Translations under genes and position numbers: made by a program
The notes under the pieces: model-generated
Told to the model about the DNA's origin: nothing
The model's input: only the letters and a program-made list of their open reading frames with translations
The model's database searches: none
Part shown: piece by piece, positions 30,534 through 39,432 of the stretch
Layout: each line of letters starts with the position of its first letter
How positions within the stretch are numbered: position 1 is the first letter of the stretch
Origin: a virus
Strand: one strand, 5' to 3'
DNA length: 39,911 bases
Virus record (IMG/VR): IMGVR_UViG_3300023082_000005
Coordinates: 1-39,911 of that record

Positions 30534-31154
30534 ATGAATAAGCAGGAATCACAGTACTACGCGTACTTAAAAAACCTAGGATACAGCCCTGTATTCAATC
30601 AAGAAAAATCATCTTTCCTATTGAAAGATCAAAAAATTTACCTTAAATGCTGCTCATTTCCGGCCTCGGAAGAACTTAATAAGTTAGCATTACAACACTC
30701 AAAAAAATACACTATAATACTACTTGACGGTAATCTTACTTTTAAGGATTACGCGGTTTATGCAGAGGGCGAAGCTTGCCATTCTGGATTTCTTACCCAT
30801 ATAGGTAGTAAGTATGGGAGCATTTACTATGGAGAATTCGATACTGAGTACTTCCAAAAAGAAACATTTGCTATTGTAAAGGCTATCGATCCCGCTATAT
30901 TAAAATGCAGGTGTGGCAAAGAAGATCAATACATTGTTACAAAGAACATTCATTATAAAGCTACATGCAAATGCGGAAACTTTATAAAGAACCTGTCTAC
31001 TAATAAACCTATAACTATTCATTTTGGTAAATATGCCGGTAGGGAATTAGAATCGATGACCTCAAAAGAAGAAGTTCAATATCTGCAATGGGCTATTAAT
31101 TCTGGTGTATTTTCAAAGAAAGTTGCTCAGGCTGCTATAGAATTTCTTAAATAA
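30534..31154 (+). CDS. Hypothetical protein (206 aa) with Cys4 ribbon and DUF3820-like C-terminus
   Basis: CRCG...CKCG pairs. HFGKYAGRELESM...YLQWAI resembles the FGKYKG...YL.W motif. Confidence 0.45.
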   Translation: MNKQESQYYAYLKNLGYSPVFNQEKSSFLLKDQKIYLKCCSFPASEELNKLALQHSKKYTIILLDGNLTFKDYAVYAEGEACHSGFLTHIGSKYGSIYYGEFDTEYFQKETFAIVKAIDPAILKCRCGKEDQYIVTKNIHYKATCKCGNFIKNLSTNKPITIHFGKYAGRELESMTSKEEVQYLQWAINSGVFSKKVAQAAIEFLK

Positions 31155-33433
31155 TGAAGACCGACTTAGGAAAATGTAAAAAGCTATTAGATAGCGGTTT
31201 CTCATTAGTATGCGTTGGAGAGAATAAAGTTCCAAATTTCGCATGGAAAGACAAGCAGACAAAACCATATACAAAAGATGCCTTCGAAAAGCATTATAAC
31301 TATACTGGAGGCATCTTTAAAAAAGATGGTAACGAGATCGTTCCTACAAATGGTATAGGCTTAATTACAGGTTATGACAACATAGAGGTTATAGATGTAG
31401 ATCTTAAAGTCTTTAAATCTCTTAAAGAACAACAGGATTTCTGGAATGAATATATAGGCTTTTTAAAAGACAATATTGATGATTTTGACAATAAGTTTGT
31501 AATATATAAAACCGTTAATAACGGGTATCATATTATTTATAGATGCAATGTTGTTGGTGGCAATGAAAAGATAGCTGTTCTCAAAGGACAAAAAGAGGCC
31601 GTCATAGAAACTAGAGGGATTGGAGGATACGTTTTTATTTATGACAATCAGATATCTAAAAAATCATATTACGAAGTACAGGAGATATCCGTCGCCGAAA
31701 GAGCTTGTTTATTTGATTGTAGTAAGTACTTTAATTATGTTGAAGAAAAAGATGAATTAATACCTGATAAGATTAAAAAAGAATCTGAAGGTGTTGATGT
31801 ACATGTTTGGGATGATTACAATAGTAAAACGACTATGCTTGATGTGGTTGGAAGTGATTTTAAAGTCATCAAGCGTTTATCCAATAAATACGTTATAAAA
31901 CGAGAGGGCGCTACATCGGCGCATAGCGGGTATATCTTCAAGGATAGCGGGTGCATGTATTTATTCAGTACAGGCACGATATTCCCGCATGAAAAGCTAA
32001 TAAGTCCTTTTACTGCTTACACAATTAAACACCATGGTGGTGATTTTTCAAAAGCAGCTAAAGACTTATATCAAAAAGGTTTTGGTTCTAGAGTTGTTAA
32101 AAAAATAGAGGCAATAGAATTACCTGCTCCAGTTAAAAAAGAAGATTTAGTTTTCCCAATTGATATATTCCCCTTGGAAGTTCAAAACTATATGGTTAAA
32201 TGCCATGAAACACTAGATAGTTCAATGGATTATATGGGATGTAGTATGCTATGGTTAATCTCTGTAATCGTCGGAAACTCTGTAAGAGTTGAAGTAAAGC
32301 CTGGGTGGGAAGAACCTGGCACAGCCTGGATAAGTGTTTTGGGTAAAGCCGGTATAGGTAAGACTCCGTCTATACACAATATTGTCAACCCGATAATGAG
32401 AGTTAACAACCGGGAGGTTAAAAATTACATTAAAAGTAGGGAAAAATATGATACCTATATGGCATTAGACAAAAAGGAGAGAAATGATACCGAGGAAATA
32501 AAAAAGCCAGTAAAAACTCAATTTATTGCTATGGACATTACATTAGAGGCTTTAGTTGATCTGCACGAGGAAAATAAGAATGCTGTAGGGGTTTTTAAAG
32601 ACGAGTTAGCCGGATGGTTTAAAGATATGAATAAGTACCGCACAGGGTCTGATTTAGAGTTTTGGCTATCTTCATGGTCGGGTAAATCTGTTTTCTTAAA
32701 TCGAAAGACAGCAAAGTCATCATTTGTTGAGTCTCCATTGATCCCTGTTTTAGGCGGCATACAGCCGAGAATTATGGATCAGTTTTACACCGAAGAAAAT
32801 AAAGATAATGGTTTTATTGATCGTATGCTATTGTGCTTACCAGATCTTATTGTTGATGATTATAACGAAGAATCATTAGATTATGCTACTATTACCTGGT
32901 ATAGTGATTATATAGTTGCTTTTTATGACAATATAAAAAGACATATTGTTAATTATAATATTGACAATGAGATAGAGCCTATAATTGCAAAATTTAGTCC
33001 TGATGCAAAAAAAGAATGGAAGCGTATGTTTAACGACATAACAGCGATGCAGAATAGTGATATGGAAAATGAATATATGAAGTCTATGCTTCCTAAACAG
33101 AAGTCCTACATCCCTCGTTTTGCTTTATTGATAAACACTTTACAATCATTCAACAAAAGCGGTTCTTTGTCAGATTTTAATACTATTAGTTATGAGTCTA
33201 TTTTAGGCGCAGAGCGACTTTCAAAATATTTCATTGCTATGGCCAGGAAAATCAAAATTAATAGTTTAGAAGTAAATTTAATGAAGAAATATATCAAGGC
33301 TAACGATGCTAAAAACAATGAAGAAAAATTCATTGAAATGTATAAAATCAACCCGAATTTGAATAAATCTGAGGCTGCGGAACTTTTGGGTGTTTCCAGA
33401 AACATGATTTATAAATACATGAAAAAAGTGTAA
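31154..33433 (+). CDS. Primase-polymerase / DUF3987-type helicase fusion with C-terminal HTH
   Basis: N-terminal prim-pol-like region (GLITGYDNIEVIDVDLK), Walker A VLGKAGIGKTPS in the central domain, and a C-terminal LNKSEAAELLGVSRNMIYKYM helix-turn-helix. Confidence 0.75.
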   Translation: MKTDLGKCKKLLDSGFSLVCVGENKVPNFAWKDKQTKPYTKDAFEKHYNYTGGIFKKDGNEIVPTNGIGLITGYDNIEVIDVDLKVFKSLKEQQDFWNEYIGFLKDNIDDFDNKFVIYKTVNNGYHIIYRCNVVGGNEKIAVLKGQKEAVIETRGIGGYVFIYDNQISKKSYYEVQEISVAERACLFDCSKYFNYVEEKDELIPDKIKKESEGVDVHVWDDYNSKTTMLDVVGSDFKVIKRLSNKYVIKREGATSAHSGYIFKDSGCMYLFSTGTIFPHEKLISPFTAYTIKHHGGDFSKAAKDLYQKGFGSRVVKKIEAIELPAPVKKEDLVFPIDIFPLEVQNYMVKCHETLDSSMDYMGCSMLWLISVIVGNSVRVEVKPGWEEPGTAWISVLGKAGIGKTPSIHNIVNPIMRVNNREVKNYIKSREKYDTYMALDKKERNDTEEIKKPVKTQFIAMDITLEALVDLHEENKNAVGVFKDELAGWFKDMNKYRTGSDLEFWLSSWSGKSVFLNRKTAKSSFVESPLIPVLGGIQPRIMDQFYTEENKDNGFIDRMLLCLPDLIVDDYNEESLDYATITWYSDYIVAFYDNIKRHIVNYNIDNEIEPIIAKFSPDAKKEWKRMFNDITAMQNSDMENEYMKSMLPKQKSYIPRFALLINTLQSFNKSGSLSDFNTISYESILGAERLSKYFIAMARKIKINSLEVNLMKKYIKANDAKNNEEKFIEMYKINPNLNKSEAAELLGVSRNMIYKYMKKV

Positions 33434-33700
33434 ACCAATGTAAACCTAGGTTTACACTTTTAAATGATGTAACTAATTGATATATTAGTAGTTACAATAA
33501 AAAGTGTAAACCGGTTTACAGGTTGACACTAAAAAAAATAAAAAAAATAATTTCAAAAAATATAATTATAAAAAAAATAGTGTAAACCGGTTTACACTTT
33601 TAAAAAAAATCAATGTTTAAATGTGTTTAAATGCACTTTTTATTGAAATATTGGTTTACACTTTGGTTTACACTTTGGTTTACACTTTGGTTTACACATA
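33428..33700. other. Putative origin of replication (iterons, palindromes, AT-rich unwinding region)
   Basis: About 12 copies of the GGTTTACA(C)/(G)TGTAAACC half-site. The AT-rich block 33530-33579 contains no G and a single C. Lies directly downstream of the primase-helicase gene. Confidence 0.65.
33653..33697 (+). repeat. Four tandem 12-bp iterons (GGTTTACACTTT)
   Basis: GGTTTACAC at 33653, 33665, 33677 and 33689, an exact 12-bp period. Confidence 0.9.
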
Positions 33701-33711
33701 AAATTACAAAA

Positions 33712-33927
33712 ATGAAGACAATACAACAATGGATATCAGAGGCTGACCAACCTATAAAAAGTCAGGCAGAGTGGAATATTTTCAAATTTCCATACGCCAA
33801 CTGCCTAGATCAAGTAGGATCGTTTAGATCGGCTATATTGCAAGGATTTATTTGGGGGGAAACTCCAGAAGGAATCTCTTATTGGAATGATGTATTTAGT
33901 GATAAACCTAAAAAAACACTATTCTAA
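33712..33927 (+). CDS. Hypothetical protein (71 aa), paralogue of 26673..26882
   Basis: Track ORF 33631..33927, trimmed to the ATG at 33712. The upstream part only translates the iterons. Confidence 0.5.
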   Translation: MKTIQQWISEADQPIKSQAEWNIFKFPYANCLDQVGSFRSAILQGFIWGETPEGISYWNDVFSDKPKKTLF

Positions 33928-34445
33928 TGGGAAAGAAAATAACTGCATTACAATGCTTATCTGAAATGGATAAGATAAAACGGGAACTTGATGCTCCTTC
34001 TATACCCGCCAACTATATTGTTGGAACTAAGTTTACAGACAAGACGGCTAACGGGCTTACCAAGGCTATTATTACTTTCATAAACTTAACAGGTATGCAA
34101 GCTGAACGTATAAACAACATGGGGCGTATGGTAGATAAAACAAAGATAGTTGAGAACGTATTAGGGCATAAGCATAAAATAGGGTCTGTGGAATGGCAGA
34201 CCGGCACAGGAACTAAAGGAACGGGAGATATTAGCGCAACTGTAAACGGACTATCATTGAAGGTTGAAGTAAAGATACGTAGAGACAGACAAAGTGAAGC
34301 CCAGGTTAAGTATGAAGATCATATTACTGCTGCAGGAGGTATTTATGTCATTGCTAAAGAGTTTGCCCCTTTTGTAAAATGGTATGTAGGTAAGTTTGGA
34401 AAACCAGAAATATTAGATAAAGCAATTAAAAGACTTCAGTCATGA
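33927..34445 (+). CDS. VRR-NUC-like PD-(D/E)xK nuclease
   Basis: GTGDISATVNGLSLKVEVK...DRQSEAQ...AGGIYVI fits the D...E-x-K...Q layout of VRR-NUC. Confidence 0.45.
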   Translation: MGKKITALQCLSEMDKIKRELDAPSIPANYIVGTKFTDKTANGLTKAIITFINLTGMQAERINNMGRMVDKTKIVENVLGHKHKIGSVEWQTGTGTKGTGDISATVNGLSLKVEVKIRRDRQSEAQVKYEDHITAAGGIYVIAKEFAPFVKWYVGKFGKPEILDKAIKRLQS

Positions 34446-34561
34446 AATGTAAATGTAAAGAAAAAAACGAAAAACCACATTCAACTTGCCTTAATGCGAT
34501 TGAATGTCCGCATGGTGATAAATGGTATTGTTGTTTAGAAATTAATAAAGATGCCAAATAA
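34442..34561 (+). CDS. Small Cys-rich peptide (39 aa, MKCKCKEKNEKPHSTCLNAIECPHGDKWYCC...)
   Basis: ATGA overlap with the upstream stop. Confidence 0.35.
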   Translation: MKCKCKEKNEKPHSTCLNAIECPHGDKWYCCLEINKDAK

Positions 34562-34790
34562 CATCATAAAAGCGAACGGAGAATACCTAACCAACACCTT
34601 CACTGGAGCAAACGGCACTTGGACGCTAGTAGGTACAGAAAACAAAGGCAGTAAACCGATGGAGTGCAAAGATGAGTTTCGAAACGTGACCACGGGTAAG
34701 CGAATGACGGTCACTAGGCTATCCGTTTACAATATGGCAGAAGCGCAAAGTATCAACATTGTTACAACGGAAAAGAAAAGGAATAAGTAA
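34551..34790 (+). CDS. Hypothetical protein (79 aa)
   Basis: ORF track. Confidence 0.5.
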   Translation: MPNNIIKANGEYLTNTFTGANGTWTLVGTENKGSKPMECKDEFRNVTTGKRMTVTRLSVYNMAEAQSINIVTTEKKRNK

Positions 34791-34799
34791 GTTTGTGGT

Positions 34800-34967
34800 A
34801 TGAGAAAATTAGGAATAATTAAAAGATTAAAGCAGTTCATGGCCGGTATTGGTTTTAGGTTATTTATTTGGGGAAACAATACAACCGAAGAAAAGTATTG
34901 GAAGGAAATTTATGAACAAGAAAAGAGATATCTTGATGGTGTTTCTAACTATAAAGAAGATTACTAA
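34800..34967 (+). CDS. Small hypothetical protein (55 aa)
   Basis: ATG ORF. Together with 34969..35088 it explains the region better than the non-ATG track ORF 34849..35088. Confidence 0.35.
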   Translation: MRKLGIIKRLKQFMAGIGFRLFIWGNNTTEEKYWKEIYEQEKRYLDGVSNYKEDY

Positions 34968-34968
34968 C

Positions 34969-35088
34969 ATGAACCTCGGCACGAACGGACAAAAACCTAT
35001 CATTCCGGTAAAATGGTTACTGATATGTTTAGGTGTATTCTTGATAGGCATAGGATATTTCATTTTACGTGCGAATAAGGCGATTTAA
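34969..35088 (+). CDS. Small TM peptide (39 aa, ...VKWLLICLGVFLIGIGYFIL...)
   Basis: ATG 1 nt after the upstream TAA. One hydrophobic segment. Confidence 0.4.
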   Translation: MNLGTNGQKPIIPVKWLLICLGVFLIGIGYFILRANKAI

Positions 35089-35156
35089 CACAACTTCTCA
35101 ACAGATTGGGGTAAATGGTTAGGTAAATAATTTTAATTGATTTAAAAGGCATTAAA

Positions 35157-35828
35157 ATGGATAATAAACAAATACAGCAAGCAGCAAAGGAGTTTTGCAA
35201 AACAGTCAGTTGGGGTACATCAATAGATGATACTGAATTACGTGAAGGTTATGAACACCTCTTGGTATCATTCCTTCAGTCAATGATCGAAAAGGGAGAG
35301 GTTGTGACTATTGAAGAATATGAAGTATGTGATCGTTTAAGGGGGGATTATTACAGGCAAATAAAGAAGACAGATTCCACACCTGAAAGTGCCATATCCG
35401 AATTTGATAAATATGAATGGACTGAAGAGCACGGCACATTTGAGGCCATAAGATGCGCCTTTATTGATGGTTTTGATTTAGGTAAAAAATCAAACTTTTC
35501 AAGTCCCGGTAAGGGAGTGAAGACTTTGCAAGAGATAGAAGAATATATTGCCATAAGGCATGATTTTGAAAGTTGGGAGCACTTAAAGAGTATTTGCAAA
35601 AGCGATAATATGCATTACTACGATAACCTTGCAACAGAACTATTCGAATATCAATTCAAAGCAACCCCCGCAAAGGTGATTTCGGAGGAGGATGCGGAAA
35701 TTGAAGCGATAAGGTTATCTAAAACATCTCAAATTTTAAGTTCACATCGTTTTGATAAATTCAGTGTGTTACACGGAGCAATGAGCATGTATAAATGGTA
35801 TCGTGAACAATCAAACCAGCAATCATGA
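35157..35828 (+). CDS. Hypothetical protein (223 aa)
   Basis: ORF track. Confidence 0.55.
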   Translation: MDNKQIQQAAKEFCKTVSWGTSIDDTELREGYEHLLVSFLQSMIEKGEVVTIEEYEVCDRLRGDYYRQIKKTDSTPESAISEFDKYEWTEEHGTFEAIRCAFIDGFDLGKKSNFSSPGKGVKTLQEIEEYIAIRHDFESWEHLKSICKSDNMHYYDNLATELFEYQFKATPAKVISEEDAEIEAIRLSKTSQILSSHRFDKFSVLHGAMSMYKWYREQSNQQS

Positions 35829-35977
35829 ACCGCAGACACGAAAAGATGAAGCCTCATTTGGCCAGTCAGTATGAGAGGCAAGAGTTAAATTTGTATATTG
35901 AAATTACCTGGGCTAAGTCAAGATTATTTTATTTTGAAAAAGAAGGAAGTTACTTTAGTGATAGGTTTAAAAAATAG
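35825..35977 (+). CDS. Small hypothetical protein (50 aa)
   Basis: ATGA overlap with the upstream stop. Confidence 0.4.
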   Translation: MNRRHEKMKPHLASQYERQELNLYIEITWAKSRLFYFEKEGSYFSDRFKK

Positions 35978-35980
35978 TCG

Positions 35981-35988
35981 TATATTTG
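35981..35988 (+). promoter_or_regulatory. -7 promoter box TATATTTG (candidate late/packaging operon promoter)
   Basis: Exact match 34 nt upstream of the small terminase ATG. The AACAGT..ACTGTT hairpin (35999-36022, stems 35999-36004/36017-36022) lies between. Confidence 0.45.
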
Positions 35989-36022
35989 AGATTAAAAACA
36001 GTGAATAAACAACGAGACTGTT

Positions 36023-36316
36023 ATGAATGATGAAAACTTAAAACCATTTCCTAAAGGCGTGTCAGGTAACCCAGCTGGTAGACCTAAAAAGCTACCTAAA
36101 ATAGATGATTTGTTACAGGATATACTTGGTAGTGAGGAAGATAAGGATAGTGAAGCACATGCGATATTAATGAGTCTTGTTAAACAAGCTAAGGGTGGTA
36201 ATGTAAAGGCTGCTGAAATCCTGTTAGATAGAGCGTATGGTAAAGCACAACAGTACATAGATCATAGCTCCAAAGACGGCACAATGACCCCTAAAACGAC
36301 TATCAAATTCGAGTAA
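36023..36316 (+). CDS. Terminase small subunit-like protein (DUF5681-type)
   Basis: The N-terminal FPKGVSGNPAGRPKK motif is typical of this family. Lies immediately upstream of the large terminase gene. Confidence 0.6.
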   Translation: MNDENLKPFPKGVSGNPAGRPKKLPKIDDLLQDILGSEEDKDSEAHAILMSLVKQAKGGNVKAAEILLDRAYGKAQQYIDHSSKDGTMTPKTTIKFE

Positions 36317-37639
36317 ATGGACGAACTGATATTATCCAAGAAATACGCGCCACTTTTTAAGTGGCTTTCTTGTTTAGATACCGATGAGTTAGCTAAGGTT
36401 GATACGGTTGTGGTTACTGGAGGCAGGTATAGCCAAAAGTCATTTGCAATAGGCACATGGTCATGTGTAGCGGCTAAAGATTTCGTGCATAGGGTGTTAT
36501 ATACCAGATACACGCTCGTTTCTGCAGCAGACAGTATTATTCCAGAGTTCTCTGAAAAAGTGGACATTCTTGGCGCTCATGATGACTTTACGATTACTAA
36601 AGATAGGATTATAGGTAACTATAATGCCAGTAAGATCGTTTTCAAAGGAATTAAAACCAGTTCTGGCAATCAAACTGCAAACTTAAAGTCATTAAAAGGG
36701 TTCTCGGTATTCATCCTGGAAGAAGCAGAGGAGATGCCATCTTTTGACCAGTGGGATAAAATCCGGAAATCAATCAGGGCATTAGATGTGCGAAATCTGA
36801 ACATACTCATACTCAACCCTACAGTAAAAACACACTGGATATACGAAGAGTTCTTTGAAGATAGAGGCGTTCAGGAAGGATTTAACGGTATTGTTAAGAA
36901 CGTGCTGTATATCCATACCACCTATTTGGATATTAGTAGGCAATTCATACCGGATAGCATATTCCTGGACTTTGAAGAAAAACGTATAGCTTACGAGACA
37001 TACGAGGCAACGCCAAAGGATAAGCGTGAGTTTTTAGATAAGAAAATAATCAAGAACGCACTGTATTACCGGCACATCGTTAAAGGTGGATGGCTTGCTA
37101 ATGCTGAGGGTGTTGTGTTTGACAATTGGTCAATAGGTGATTTTGATGAATCTTTACCTTTTGGGTTTGCTCAGGATTACGGGTTTTCTACAGACCCCAC
37201 AACACTTGTTAAAGTTGCGGTAGATAAAAAGCGAAAACGAATTTATGTTAAAGGTTATTTCGGTAAAGCAGGAATGTCTACTGAAGATGTGTATCTTGAA
37301 AACTTACGCCATGCAGGACTGAATAATGAAATTATAGGGGATAGTTCAGAACCTCGATTATTGAAAGAGCTAAAAGATCGAGGCTTAAATATGAAACCCG
37401 CCTTTAAACCTCCTGGGTCTGTTACTGCTGGTATATCTGCAATGTTGGAATATGAGATTGTTATTTCACCAGATCAAGACAGCATACCGATTACTAGAGA
37501 AATGGCCAATTATGTCTGGCATGATAAGCGGGCTGGTGTTCCTGTGGATTTATGGAACCACTATATTGATCCGATTAGGTACTATGCCTGGCCTATAATC
37601 AAGGCACCTAAAAAAGAACGAACCATAATGAAAGTATAA
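36317..37639 (+). CDS. terL: Terminase large subunit (PBSX/Terminase_3-like)
   Basis: Walker A-like VVVTGGRYSQKS, Walker B-like VFILEEAEE. Size and position are typical. Confidence 0.85.
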   Translation: MDELILSKKYAPLFKWLSCLDTDELAKVDTVVVTGGRYSQKSFAIGTWSCVAAKDFVHRVLYTRYTLVSAADSIIPEFSEKVDILGAHDDFTITKDRIIGNYNASKIVFKGIKTSSGNQTANLKSLKGFSVFILEEAEEMPSFDQWDKIRKSIRALDVRNLNILILNPTVKTHWIYEEFFEDRGVQEGFNGIVKNVLYIHTTYLDISRQFIPDSIFLDFEEKRIAYETYEATPKDKREFLDKKIIKNALYYRHIVKGGWLANAEGVVFDNWSIGDFDESLPFGFAQDYGFSTDPTTLVKVAVDKKRKRIYVKGYFGKAGMSTEDVYLENLRHAGLNNEIIGDSSEPRLLKELKDRGLNMKPAFKPPGSVTAGISAMLEYEIVISPDQDSIPITREMANYVWHDKRAGVPVDLWNHYIDPIRYYAWPIIKAPKKERTIMKV

Positions 37640-37673
37640 ATTGCTATATTCGTAACATATTTGTTACTGAATT

Positions 37674-39062
37674 ATGAGCGCAAAGCAATATTTTAAGTCT
37701 GTCGGGCTGGCGATAATAGAACCTGCATATAAAGCATTGGTTAAATCATACCCTAATTACGCGCCTGGAGTGCCTATGTCATTAGGCAAAACATTCAGAT
37801 GGTCGTTAAACGGCAACACAGCTTATAACAATAAGATTTTCTATGCTGCTCAAAATATATTAGTTCGTAAGCTGACAGAAGCGCCAATTACATTCAGCCA
37901 AAAGAAAACAGGTAGCAAAGTAAAGTTTGACAGATACTATAGTAAGGCTATTACAAATGAAAAGCGGTCGGCATTAAAGGCATTAGCTTTAACTGAACTT
38001 GAAGAACATGATTTAAATAGATTATTCGATAACCCTAACGGCTATCAGTCCGGCATAGAACTAATGGAAGATTTCTGGCATTGGTACGGATTTGGCAATG
38101 GTTACTTGTGGTTTGAAACTTTAGGCGAAGGGACGAGAAATAAAAGTGTTGTTCATATCCATTGTTTGCCGTCTTGTAGTGTTGAGGTCGTTGAATCTAA
38201 CAACTACGAAACGCCAGTTAAGGAATATGTATACACCACTAGAATCGGACTTCAATTACGCATACCTCCTGAACAAATACTTCATCTTAAACACTGGAAC
38301 AATACGCCTGGATCTTTAGAAGGACTAGGTGTTGATACAGTTGCCGCAATGGATATTAGTCTTAATAATTCAAATAACGTTGCTCAAGGCGCTGTATTTA
38401 TTAATGGCGGTAGAGGCACTTTATTTAGTTCAGATATTGGTGTAGATAAAGATGGTGAAGTTGTAGAGAAGATGACTGCTGAACAGATGGAAGCATTGAG
38501 GGAGACTATGCAACGGGAATTAGTAGGTGCGCACAATAACCGCAAAATGTACTACACTAATGGATTTATTTCAGCACAAAATTTCGGGGATTCAATGGCC
38601 GAAATGGAGTTAATCAGTGCCGAAACTAACAACTGGAAATCAATATTCGCTATATGCGGCATACCTGTTGCTCTTGCGCCTATCACAGAGGCTTCTACAG
38701 AGAATAACGTTAAAGCGGGGTATAAAGCGTTAGTCACGAATTTAATAGTCTCAGAGCTACGCAAATTCGATCAAAAGCTAACACAAAAAGCAGCTATATT
38801 TTACCCGAATGACAAGATCATTGCAGCACATGATCTGACCGAGTACACCGAACTTGCCCCTGACCTGGAAATCATGAAGAACGTGTACGGTATGCCGTCA
38901 CTTATGGAAGATGAAAGGCGTGCGATATTTGGGTATGACGAATTGCCGGATGGCTTAGGTCAAGTGGTATTAGTCGCAACAGGACTGATGAAGCTGGAGG
39001 ATATCGTTAATGATGAATTTGCAGGTGCAGGCAATCCGAATGATAATTTAGAGGAGTTGTAA
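37674..39062 (+). CDS. Portal protein
   Basis: 462 aa, directly after the large terminase gene. Portal-typical size and order. Confidence 0.75.
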   Translation: MSAKQYFKSVGLAIIEPAYKALVKSYPNYAPGVPMSLGKTFRWSLNGNTAYNNKIFYAAQNILVRKLTEAPITFSQKKTGSKVKFDRYYSKAITNEKRSALKALALTELEEHDLNRLFDNPNGYQSGIELMEDFWHWYGFGNGYLWFETLGEGTRNKSVVHIHCLPSCSVEVVESNNYETPVKEYVYTTRIGLQLRIPPEQILHLKHWNNTPGSLEGLGVDTVAAMDISLNNSNNVAQGAVFINGGRGTLFSSDIGVDKDGEVVEKMTAEQMEALRETMQRELVGAHNNRKMYYTNGFISAQNFGDSMAEMELISAETNNWKSIFAICGIPVALAPITEASTENNVKAGYKALVTNLIVSELRKFDQKLTQKAAIFYPNDKIIAAHDLTEYTELAPDLEIMKNVYGMPSLMEDERRAIFGYDELPDGLGQVVLVATGLMKLEDIVNDEFAGAGNPNDNLEEL

Positions 39063-39217
39063 TGGAGCTATCCTTCGACATGTCCGGTTTTATGAACGCT
39101 TACAATCGGGGTATTGAAGATGCGTTCTTAGCGATGTATGATTTTAGTGAGTTTGAATCGTACATGGAATGCAACGGCATTGTTACACAGAGTAATGATG
39201 ATAAAAACGATATTTGA
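39062..39217 (+). CDS. Small acidic hypothetical protein (51 aa)
   Basis: TAATG overlap with the portal gene stop. Confidence 0.4.
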   Translation: MELSFDMSGFMNAYNRGIEDAFLAMYDFSEFESYMECNGIVTQSNDDKNDI

Positions 39218-39245
39218 GGTATGGAAAATAAGATTTATAAATAAT

Positions 39246-39428
39246 ATGGGAATGGAAATGAGTGAACCGGAAGCAATGTCAATATTGAAATTGTACGGTA
39301 CAGAGATCACTAGAGGCGGATTGATAGTTTTACCTTCGGATGGATTTTCAGGCATGCCTAAAATATTATGCGAGGCTATTATATATCTTTGCAATGAATG
39401 GGATTATGATACCGTGCTATCATCGTAA
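39246..39428 (+). CDS. Hypothetical protein (60 aa)
   Basis: Track ORF 39138..39428, trimmed to the internal ATG that avoids overlap with 39062..39217. Confidence 0.4.
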   Translation: MGMEMSEPEAMSILKLYGTEITRGGLIVLPSDGFSGMPKILCEAIIYLCNEWDYDTVLSS

Positions 39429-39432
39429 ACAA

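Noticed and set aside
33653-33697. A possible mini-CRISPR array, suggested by the regular direct repeats.
   Set aside because: The period is only 12 bp with no unique spacers. The repeats are contiguous and match inverted copies nearby, which is typical of origin iterons. No cas genes are present.
33631-33711. The N-terminal extension of ORF 33631..33927 encodes MHFLLKYWFTLWFTLWFTLWFTH, which looks like a repeat protein.
   Set aside because: It is only the translation of the 12-bp DNA iterons of the putative origin. A normal ATG at 33712 follows directly.
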